Source: the human T2T-CHM13v2.0 reference genome, Homo sapiens
Reading direction: 5' to 3' (one strand)
DNA length: 64,000 bases
Assembly (NCBI RefSeq): GCF_009914755.1
Contig: NC_060940.1
Position 1 is the stretch's first letter, and each line of letters begins with the position of its first letter. This document shows positions 25,281 through 63,180 of the stretch, piece after piece. Made by a program: the position numbers and the translations under genes. The notes below the pieces were generated by a model that was given only the letters and a program-made list of their open reading frames with translations, was not told where the DNA came from and did not search any database.

Positions 25281-25893
25281 ACCACAGCCCTTGATGTCTA
25301 TTTCCCCATATGACCAAATGTGAGTCAGGAGTGGATTCAATGACACTTAGTCCTGACATACAGAAAAGGGAGCAGTCACTACTCCTCCAGGTAGAAAGTG
25401 GTAGCAGAGCCCCTACACACAATCAGTGCCATAATGATTAGGGCAGTGGGGTGAGGCTGAGCTCCAAATGACAGCTTCAAGCTCTAGGCAGGCCGCAGGC
25501 TGATGGAGCCTGATGCAATTTACTGAAGCCCAACACACTTAGGCAAAGCACAGCAAAATGCAGAAACAACTCATCCCAAAGCCCAAGTGCATGATGCCAG
25601 GTGCTGTGCTCACTATGGGGGAGTCCCAAGGAGCTCACAATCCAGTGAGGACACTCTGGGTAAATGTGAAAGACACACACCAGGCAGGGTGGCAAGTGTC
25701 ATCCCAGACATGGTCAGGGCTGAAGGGGTCAGACAAGGTTGAGTGGGGATCAAGGAGGAAGGGCAGTCCCAGGGCAAGAAGGACATCTGCCAAGGGGCAG
25801 AGCAGGGAGTGTCAGCAGCATGTTTGGCACCCTACACAGCCATGCTGGTGTGTGGCATGTGCAGAGGGCAGAGGTATAGGAAAATGAGGCTGA

Positions 25894-26764
<871 letters not shown>

Positions 26765-27821
26765 AAGTACTGGATATTTTAATCAGGAACTAGACCCAAG
26801 AGGAACAGAGAAAAGAGCAGTCCAATGTACAGGTGGAAATCAGGGAGATGCAGATTATCCTCTATATTCAAGAAACACTTACTTCAGAGAGAAAGAGGCA
26901 GAGGCTCTCTCAGGCCAGTCTCATCAGTTCTTGTTGGTTTCAAACACTCAACCAGATCAGGTCCCAGAAGAAAAGGGGCTTAGTTCCACACTTGGGCCTC
27001 TCCTTCGTCCCAAGCCTCTCTTCCGAGGGCTCATAAAAGGCTAAAGACCAAGTACTTCTAAGACAGCAGCGGCTGGGCAGGCCAAGGGTAGAATTTCTAA
27101 GTTAACCTCTTTTCTTGGGCTGACTCAGATAAGGGCCGCTTAACTCACATCCTGCCCACTTGCTCCTAACAACACTGAGACTCAGTATCTAAAATGGCCA
27201 TTGTACCGAGAAGCCAGAACAGAGAAAAAAATAGTAATAAAATGGCCATTGCCAGGCCATTTTATTAATAAAAGCATTCTTAAAACAAATTATCAGGAAC
27301 ACTCTAGAGGCACACTCCTCGTAGCTTGCAGTCTAATAATCTACTGTGAAGACACCAAGTCCAGCTGAATCACCTCCCATAGGGCTTGTCAATCCTGTCA
27401 CAGTGAGCTATGATCGTGCCACTGTACCCCAGCATGGGGGACAGAGTGAGATCCTGTCTATAAATTAAATAAAGCAATGTAAAAATAAACAGACATATGT
27501 CATTTCTGGTTCGGAAGACTAAATTTTCAGTAAGATTGAGGTTTCCCATACTAATCCATAGATTTTATGCAACACATTATCAATCTGAAATGCCAGTAGA
27601 ACATTTTGGAACATTTAATAAAAGTCTGATTGATAAGGCCATCAAAGAAACAGGCATGTTGCTAATGAAATCCAAAAACAGTCTAGTCCAATAAAATGTA
27701 ACGGCTATAAACTTGAACATCTTAACTATATTAAAACATTAACACTCCTCATAAATAGTACGAGAAGCAAAAACAAGAACTTTGCACAAAGATGTGTAAG
27801 TACCGGTCAAAACAGCAAACT

Positions 27822-28800
<979 letters not shown>

Positions 28801-29132
28801 CACCAAAGTCTCAAAATCTGGACCCAGCCTAGGCCACCACCACTACTGCCTCCTACCAACCACACATCTGAACCATCCAATTGACCTGCATCTCAACGAA
28901 GAGCCTCTTGGAAATCAGCAGCGGCTGGCAGAAAGGCTTTAGCTGCTGTCGTCTTCCATCCCACCTCCCCACCAAAATACCAGGACCTTCATCTCTGTTT
29001 ATGAATGATGATGCTTTCGGTTTTGCAAAATGTATGCTCATCACCAGAAATAAAAAAGTGATCCCAGAAACTGGAAAGCACCAAAAGGGATTCCGACTTC
29101 AAAACCCAGTACTGCAATGAATAACGGCAAGC

Positions 29133-29519
29133 TGATACAGTTTGGATGTTTGTCCCCTCCAAATCTCCTGTTGAAATGTGATTCTCAATGATGGAATGGA
29201 GCCTGGTGGGTGGGAGGTGTTTGGGTTACACTAGCATTCCTCATGAATGGCTTGGTGCCCTCCCAGCGGTAATTAGTTCACATGAGATCTGGTTGTTTGA
29301 AAAGGAGTCTGGTACCCCCCGCCCCCACACTGCTCTCTCTAGCCATGTGATATACCAGCTCCCCTTCCATTCCACCATAATTTTAAGCTTCCATAGGCCC
29401 TCACCAGAAGCAGATGCTGGAGCTAGGCATGTACAGCCCTGAATCATGAGCCAAATAAAACTCTTTTCTTTATAAATGATCCAGCCTCAGGTATTCCTTG
29501 ACAGGAACACAAACTAACA
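29133..29519 (+). mobile_element. MaLR solo LTR, MST family (MSTA/MSTB-like)
   Basis: Starts tgatacagtttggatgtttgtcccctccaaatctc; ends ctcttttctttataaat..cagcctcaggtattcctt..actaaca. Confidence 0.85.
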
Positions 29520-30077
29520 AAAAGGCCCACTATCACCCCTGAGAGGGGTGCCCTTTACTCCATCCTCCCACCTGCCCTGTACTGGATCTGACCGGACATT
29601 CAGCTAGCCCTGTATTCTGGAAAAGCCAGGGGCATCCATCCTTCCCAGGGAGAAGTGGTATCTAGATGCAATCTGATTCCTCCTTTCCACCTTAAAGACA
29701 ATCAGGGAGATGATCAGATATGGCAGGAAGGAAAACCCTGAGGAGTTGGCAGGCAGAGTGAAACAAAGACAAGTGCAATATCCACTGAACAGTTAGGCCC
29801 CTTTCCCTTGCCAAAGAGAAGTGCACCCATGAGGAAAATAGATTTTCCTACAGCTTTGTATTAGCAATGTCAAAGGACATGACCAGTAGCTGGCTTCAGA
29901 CCAGCCCAGAGAGGTTAAGTCTCATATTGTGAAAAAGAGAAACAGACTAGGCTGGCTCCATATGGTCCCATCTCAAAGAGACTCAGATCAGCCCAGCAGA
30001 CTCTGAACACCTCTCACCTCGTCTACTCCACTCCATGGATCTCAAACTCAATGGGTGACACAAAAACAGTTTTTACT

Positions 30078-34420
<4,343 letters not shown>

Positions 34421-34812
34421 AAAAACTTTGATCTTTAACACGATGAAGTAACAAAGGAGCCAAGGTTGGCAGCAGTCTTCCTCCCAGTACATGCCTGAGT
34501 CTGCTCAGCAAGGCCAATGGGAGCAAGGGCTACTGACGCGTATCCCTACCTGGAGCAAACTCAGGTCAGTTGACTTTGATGGCAAACAGTTCAAATTCCA
34601 TTAATGACAATCACTTGTCAATTAATTTTTGGAATGGAAATGCACACCATCCTGGCCCAAGGGCTACCTTTCAGGATCCTCCAACCAGTAGCATGGCTTG
34701 AGGTAGGCAGCTAGCAAACAAAGTCCTCCCCAGCCTCTCTGCTACCACCATGACTCTCAACCCCAATTGGATCAGGAGAGCAGAACAAATGTTCTCTTAA
34801 ACAGTGACTCAC

Positions 34813-34865
34813 CAGGAAGTCTGTTCATGTTGACGCCTTGAGCCGAGAGTCCTATTCCCATGTAA
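34813..34865 (-). CDS. RANBP10: RANBP10 internal coding exon (probably exon 3), SPRY domain, 53 nt
   Basis: Minus strand reads (T)20gaag|T TAC ATG GGA ATA GGA CTC TCG GCT CAA GGC GTC AAC ATG AAC AGA CTT CCT G|gtgagt = (G)YMGIGLSAQGVNMNRLPG, the RANBP9/10 SPRY motif. CTAAC branch point at 34903-34907. Ends in phase 1, matching the next exon. Too short for the ORF track. Confidence 0.96.
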
Positions 34866-34869
34866 CTTC

Positions 34870-34889
34870 AAAAAAAAAAAAAAAAAAAA
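34870..34889 (-). repeat. (T)20 mononucleotide run forming the polypyrimidine tract of the 53-nt exon
   Basis: 20 A on the plus strand, ending 4 nt (gaag) before the exon start. Confidence 0.95.
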
Positions 34890-35475
34890 CACAAAATTTT
34901 TGGTTAGCAAATGCTCATGCGTCTCCCTTCTCAAACATTTATTGGTAAAAGACAGAAAAATGAGAAAAGCAATGAATGTAGAGGCTCTTATAACATACTA
35001 ATGGTTCTTGGAGAAACCTGACATTTTGATTTGCTAATGGAAAGCATCTTAGTGCCTCACCCAGCTAGAGAAAACAGAAAGTTGCGTGTGTTGTGTCACT
35101 ATGAACCACCGGCTTCAATTTCAGAGGAAAGTGTCATGAATTCATGGCTTCCAGTCCTTTGGCATTCTGGCTGTAGCTAAGGCACAGAATCTATTCCTAA
35201 GATGTGCCTAAAGCATCTCAATCCTAGGTAGTGCTTTACAGAGCAATGCACGATTGTTCCACAGGGAGAACCCAGTCTGCACCAAAGACCAGGACATGGT
35301 AAAGCCAAGTTGGATCTACATAGGATCATCAATCAAGACTGCTCAAACGAGCTTGTTCTCTGGGTCTCAAAATTCATTACCTTCCCCGCATACATTCACA
35401 TTGGCCTCCCAAACCACACAAAGCTGGGAGTAATGATGTGTGAGGCCCCCAGAGACCCCCTCACTCCTCCCACTC

Positions 35476-35708
35476 TTTGAAGAGTGGGGCTTATTCTCTT
35501 TGAACCCTGACTTAGTTGTGATCTCATTGGAGTATGCAACCTGGGCTCCTGTGGGGCTGCTCCCTGTGTCATTGACACCTGGAGGTAGAATGGCACCCAA
35601 ATGTGGGTGTCAGCTTCCTCTGGCTGCTCTCCCCTTAGACAATCCACTCAGATTCTCAAGTTGAGGCAGAGGCTCCCAGGCCATCTACTAATAAATACCA
35701 TCTTACCT
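35476..35708 (+). repeat. Inverted duplication, arm 1 (233 bp, non-Alu)
   Basis: Reverse complement of 37286-37531. Manual alignment gives 16 substitutions plus 1-nt and 12-nt indels (about 93% identity). The ORF track shows the same peptides on opposite strands (SLEYATWAPVGLLPVSLTP; VNDTGSSPTGAQVAYSNE). Confidence 0.95.
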
Positions 35709-35710
35709 TT

Positions 35711-36240
35711 GCACTTGGGACTTTTTAAGTTAATGCTGGAATGAGTTAAGACTCTGGGGGACTAGTGGGAAGGGATGATTGTATTCTGCAATGTGAGAAA
35801 GACATGAAATTTGGGGGGCCAGGGTAGAATGATATGGTTTCGATGTTTGTCCTCTCCAAATCTCATGTAGACATGTAATACCCAATGCTGGAGGTGGGGC
35901 CTGGTGGCAGGTGTTAAGATCATGGGGATAGATCCTTCATGAATGTCTTGGGGCAGTCCTCACAGTAATGAACGAGTTCTTGCTCTATGTTCCTGCGAGA
36001 TCTGGTTGTTTAAAAGAGTATAGCACCTCCCCCCAACTTGTTCCCGTTGTTGCCATGTGACATGCTGGCTCCTAGTCAACATCCACTATGACTGTAAGCT
36101 TCTCCAGGCCTTTGCCGGCACCATGCTTCCTGTAAAGCCTGTAGAATTGTGAGCCAATTAAACCTCTTTTCTTTATAAACCTTCTTTTCTTTACCCTGTC
36201 TCAGGTATTTCTTTATAGTAATATAAAAAAGGCTAATACA
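35711..36240 (+). mobile_element. 5'-truncated MST element: end of internal region with polypurine tract (35711-35829) plus 3' LTR (35830-36240)
   Basis: ttaatgctggaatgagttaagact..gaagggatgattgtatt..atttggggggccagggtagaa|tgatatggttt..gccaattaaacctcttttctttataaa..ctaataca. Confidence 0.85.
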
Positions 36241-37285
36241 CTGCCCCTGCCAGTCCTTTATTGGCAGTAAATGCCCTTTTGCCTTTCTCTGGGTTGCTGC
36301 ACCACTATATTTGGGGGAGCAGCCTCTACTACCAAAATAAAGGGTCAGGCAGGGAGGGAAGGCTCTGACCTACTCACCTGCCTCTGAAATCAGCTATCCC
36401 AATCATGCTGGGCAGGAACAAGGAAAGGAAACAACCCAGCATATGGCCCTGATAACGTGGCCCACATGGCTTAGGGAAAAAGGTAGAGAAGGGAAAGGAG
36501 CAAAGCAAAAGGAACAGCACTTCAAAGAGGGAGTTTCATAGTTCGAAGGGAACTTGTCTTCTGCTTTGTTTTAAGCAGCATTTGAGACAGAGTTGGATCC
36601 TTAAAGGTCAAAGACATGAACCAATATAGCCTGTAGCTGGACAGGACTGCTCAGTCATTCCCAGAAACACACAAACTGCCTGCCTCCTCCTGCCAGAGGG
36701 GCTAGCTTCAAGGACCATCAGGAGCAGAAGCTGTCTTAGCCTGCTGGCAGAATTCCCATTAGATTAAAACTTGCACATTTTTCCAGAAAAACTGCAGCCC
36801 AAATAATCAGCTTCCTGACTTTACATGGCAGAGGCTGCCAAAAGTCAGTCTCCATTCCTTCAGTACCTCAGCTGACCAAGCAGCAAACGACCCCAGCTGC
36901 CCTGCAGTCAGCAGTCCAACAGGCACAAGTGCAACAGTCAGGGCTTTCCCTGATTTAGACAACAGCCACTCACCATGCCCTGTTCAGAGGGGCCTGGGGC
37001 TATGCCCAACACCACATGTCATCCCATCCCCAGCACATAGGCTTCCTGACACTAGGTAAGGGTTTATGTTTGGAGCACATGTGCAAACGGGGAGGTCAAA
37101 GGTCACTCAAGAAGAGTTATGCTTGGTCGCTGCAACAGGGCTCTGGTTCCACAACATTCTATGGGAATGGGGAATCACTAAAGCACCTGTGCTCAAAACA
37201 CAACTTGCTTAGGCCTCCCCACAGGAGACGCCTCTCCCTTCTCCAGCAGCTAGCCCTCAACACCTTCCTACAGACTCTGCTCCAC

Positions 37286-37531
37286 AGGTAAGATGGTGTT
37301 TATTAGTGGATGGCTCGGGAGCCTCTGTACAAACCCCTGCCTCGACTTGAGAATCTGAGTGGACTGTCTAAGGGGAGAGCAGCCAGAGGAAGCTGACACC
37401 CACATTTGGGCACCATTCCACCTCTAGGTGTCAATGACACAGGGAGCAGCCCCACAGGAGCCCAGGTTGCATATTCCAATGAGGTCACAGCTGAGTCAGG
37501 GTTCAAGGCGAATAAGCCCCCACTCTTCAAA
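37286..37531 (-). repeat. Inverted duplication, arm 2 (246 bp)
   Basis: Partner of 35476-35708, separated by a spacer of about 1.58 kb. Confidence 0.95.
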
Positions 37532-37664
37532 TACTGGGTGACATTAAGTCTTTTCCAAAAGCATGGTGTTTTAAAGCTACCAAAAGATGCACTCTTCTAT
37601 CTTCCAGAAACTCTTCATAAACTTAAAGACTATCATCCAACCAATCTGAGAGAAACAAAGCAGA

Positions 37665-43378
<5,714 letters not shown>

Positions 43379-44919
43379 GGTACAGCTGATCAAACAGCTG
43401 ATATTTGAAAAATGGATTGAAGAACCAAAACTGGACACTTCCAGAGTCATTCCCATGGAAGATGACAAGGGTGGGACAGGAGCAGTGGGATGATGTGGAG
43501 ACAGGCAAGTGCTCTTTAGAACACAGTTAATTTATTGGGTGGGGGAGGAGCTAGAGAAGCCCAAGACACTGCCCAGCACAACCAGGCACCAAGGAAAGGT
43601 CAATTCTCTGAGACCCACTTGGAAATACTGGAGCCAAAGTGCTCAGTCAGAGTTAGCAGCAGCCATTCTCCAGCTGTGCTCTCTAGCCCTGGCATTGATG
43701 CCACGCACACACATCTCAGAACACAGCTCCAAGGAGCAAACACAGTTTACAATCCTAGACTCCAATCTCACCTCTGCCACTGAGTTCAACACATGCCCAC
43801 TGGCATGTCCCATGTGCTCTCAGAGCCTGCTTTATCAGCTATTACCTTGAGGCTGGAGAGCCCCCAAAGCAGCCATTCAACAGGATCAGACAAACGAGCA
43901 CCTGAGCGCAGTGCCGGAGGCTGAAGGTGGATGATGGGACAACCCCACTTTGTCCATTCATTCATACACTGGAGGATCTTCCAGCATCAGGATCTGGTAA
44001 GGAAATGAGGCCATTCTGGAAGGCCTGGATCTCAGGACATCTAAAACAAACACCTGTTTACTTGAGATTACCAAGGAGAAAGGAGGTGAATATTTGCTTC
44101 CTTGTTGGTAATGGGCCAGGCTATGCTAGAAACACTCACAGATACAACCTGCCTGGGTCAGCCTGGGAGGGAGGGCGGCAACAAGGGCTTTTACTCCCGG
44201 AGCAGGTGACTAGAATAGATAGAGCAGCTTAGCTCCCAACACTTCTCTACCAGGGCCTTCTTTTCTAACTGCAGGATATATTTCAGGAGCTGGGGAGAGG
44301 GAATTATTTACGCTATGACACAGGTGAAAGTAAGGTAAAGCCATCTGATTTACTCCTTTCTTCTATATGGCAGCAAAGTGGAGAAGAAATATCATGCCAG
44401 AGAGGTGAGACAGGAAGCACAGAGAGGCAACAGACAAGCTCTTCGTGGCAGTGAGGCCATGAGTAGGCCTGTAACTTCTCAGTTCCTACCGTTGCCTGCC
44501 AAAACCACAATGCAAGGTGGAGATACGAGAACAGCTATTCTGCCCTATCTAGCTCAAGAGAGAAGAGGGCAGCAAATAGGCACTGCTTGGGACAAGTGGA
44601 GTCGAGATCCACCAGAACACAAGATAGAGAAGAAGCAACCGCACCTGGAAGCAGGCAGCAAAGGCCCACAGGTGTCCACACTCACAAATCCACCCAGAAG
44701 CTCCCACTATCCACTGCAACTGGCAGGGGGTCCATGCTGCCACCCGAGCAAGGGGGTCCACCCAGCCCTGCCACCCGAGCTCAAGTCTGCTGAAACCCTG
44801 CAGTCATGTGGAGAGCTGCAAGCACAGTCCAGTCCTCTTGGATTCCTTTTTCTCTTTGCTTTTCCAGATTTTCTACAACTAACACAAATTACTTTTTACA
44901 ATTTTTAAATTTTAATTTC

Positions 44920-45530
<611 letters not shown>

Positions 45531-45537
45531 CAAAAAT

Positions 45538-45927
45538 CACTTTTAAGAGCCATCTCTTAAAAGCCACTTTTAAGAGCCATCTCTTAAAAGCCACTTTTAA
45601 GAGCCATCTCTTAAAAGCCACTTTTAAGAGCCATCTCTTAAAAGCCACTTTTAAGAGCCATCTCTTAAAAGCCACTTTTAAGAGCCATCTCTTAAAAGCC
45701 ACTTTTAAGAGCCATCTCTTAAAAGCCACTTTTAAGAGCCATCTCTTAAAAGCCACTTTTAAGAGCCATCTCTTAAAAGCCACTTTTAAGAGCCATCTCT
45801 TAAAAGCCACTTTTAAGAGCCATCTCTTAAAAGCCACTTTTAAGAGCCATCTCTTAAAAGCCACTTTTAAGAGCCATCTCTTAAAAGCCACTTTTAAGAG
45901 CCATCTCTTAAAAGCCACTTTTAAGAG
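45538..45927. repeat. Perfect 27-bp minisatellite, about 14.4 copies, unit CTTTTAAGAG-CCAT-CTCTTAAAAG-CCA (internally palindromic)
   Basis: First CTTTTAAGAG at 45540 and last at 45918, 378 nt = 14 x 27 apart. No variant units seen. The ORF track shows (TFKSHLLKA)n and (VAFKRWLLK)n. Confidence 0.98.
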
Positions 45928-46783
45928 TAATGGCTACATACTGCAGAGGTTTTTGGCTCTCACTCATCAGACTCTCTCTGGATCACCCCAGGACATTTCA
46001 GTGATGGGGGACACATTAGGGAACGTGGCTTTCACAGTCAGCTCCTTGGTCCACCTAGCACCCCGAGTCTTGACAGAAGGGCAGAGGCTGCATCACAACA
46101 GTACAGCTTCAGAAACAGTCAAAATCCTTGCTGAGCAGAGGCCCTGAGGTTCCGGCTCACATGGCACCTAGTATGTCCCAAGCTGGGCACAGAGCACACA
46201 CGCAGGAGACCCTGCTGCAGTGAGACAGATTTGGCACAGCTCCAACTGACTAGAGTTTCTTCTGCGACCCAGGCAGGCCTGGTGGTGGACAGAGGACAGA
46301 ACTTTAGAAACCAGGGCCACCTGACTCTCACACCTCCCAGATATGTACAAGGCCACGGGAAGGAGACGACCCCTTTACTGTACTCTACCACCCAGTCCTG
46401 ATAACAAGTTTGAGAACCCTGCACAGAGAACCCCTTTGGCAACAAGTCTGACTTCCCCTCCTGCCTCCTGAAGAGTTCTGAGGTGACAAGAACACTTCAC
46501 AGCAGGGCTCCAAACACAACACCCTTGACTCTAAAAGGCTGGTCTCAGACACTCCAGCCTAATTCAAGACTATGGGTCTTAGATTTCAACCCACATATCA
46601 GGTTCCTTATTAGAGGAGGAAAGGTTAAACCAAAGGCTCCTAAGCTCCTTCCCAGCTTTGACCTAGACTTCAATTCTTCACAGAAAAATGTCTGTGCACA
46701 TTGTAAATGTGCAGTGCCCAGATGCAAACCCAAGATGAGGAAGACCCTGGAACAGCAATCAAAAAGCCACTAAGAAGACATCA

Positions 46784-53505
<6,722 letters not shown>

Positions 53506-53717
53506 ACATACACAGAGACACCAAGAACACCCCTATGGCCCTGCAAACCAGCAAGGACCGCATCTGGCTTTTCCCGATGAGACAAGGGAGGCCCTGGCAC
53601 AGAGCACAATGGGCAGCATAAGAGTATTCTGGCCTCACATTGGGGCCAGAAGTCCCGCACTTAGCCCACAGCAAATGACAAGAGTGAAGAAGGACCCAAC
53701 TGTTTCTACTTTTACCA

Positions 53718-59236
<5,519 letters not shown>

Positions 59237-60408
59237 CTATTTTGATTTTTATAAAAGTAAATATAACTACTGACAAACTACTGGTGCAAGTTGTTATAAA
59301 AACAGGGCATTCCATTTTTTTAAAAAGTCCATGCCAATTTCAGATACATGGCTTTATAAACTGGGTTAGAATCAGTTCTACTCAGCAATCCAACCCCTCT
59401 GTTTCTTTCCTCTTGGTTCAGCTCTGCCTTGGGACTCTCCTTTAGAAGAAATAAGCTGAGCCCTCAACCATCTGGGCCTCTATCCACTTATCTTCCAACC
59501 ACCTCCACCCTGAGGGCTAGTAGATTTCATCTCATGATGAAACTCTGACCAGTAAATTATAGCTGCCTGATGTGCTGTGCATTGAGAAAAATTCTGGGCT
59601 CTGTCTGGACAAGAACAAGTGCTACTGTCAATCAGTAATGTTGGTCATAGAAGCTGAGGGTATTGTGGGGTATTGGGGCCTTCACACTTGCCACCCCTGA
59701 CCTAAACTAAACTCCCCTGAAACCCCAAGCATCTCTAATTCCAAGAGTTAAGTAACAAGAAATGGCATAAGAGGGGTGCCAAGGGCTTCCCCAGTCCCCT
59801 CCCAACTTCCCTATATAGTACAGAGCATCTTGTTCTGGCCCCTTCATGACAGAAGGGCTAGGCTCTGTTCCACCACCAAGTCACAACACCAACGATCCTA
59901 GAATTACAAAGACATTTTATATGGATTTTGAACAGAATGGAGAGGCAGAGGAACATCTTTGCATTTAGACATAATTATCCATCCCTCTTCCACTGATGAG
60001 TCCCTTCTTTCCAACTTGACCCGACCACACAAGACCCACTCTGGAGCCCTTTATTCCTTCCCAATGGTCCCATAATAGGAATGGCACACAGTGCCTGCCA
60101 CATGGGGCTGCTAGGTTCATCCTCCTGTGCTCTGGCCTGATGAGCTTCTGCTTCTCTTCTAACAAGGAATCTCCCTTACACCATGACCCATACAGGGAAA
60201 AGACCAAAAGTTCCAGAGAACAAAAACACCATCAAGGCAGAAAGGCAGGAGGTGAAGTGAATTCTAGGAATTTCTCTAAAAGCTAATCCTTGACCAAGAA
60301 GGCCCCAGCTATAAAGAAGGCAACGACGCTCCCCACTCTCAGCTCACAGTTGGAGCCTGGGTAGCAACATACAGTGAGGAGGGAGGCCCTACCAGAAAAG
60401 TGGCCACA

Positions 60409-63180
<2,772 letters not shown>

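Noticed and set aside
45538-45927. CRISPR-like array of palindromic ~27-bp repeats
   Set aside because: No unique spacers (the units are contiguous and identical), no cas genes, and the context is a primate intron.
59534-59572. C/D-box-like pattern ATGATGA..CTGA..CTGA
   Set aside because: Only about 40 nt, antisense to the host gene, and no recognisable guide sequence.
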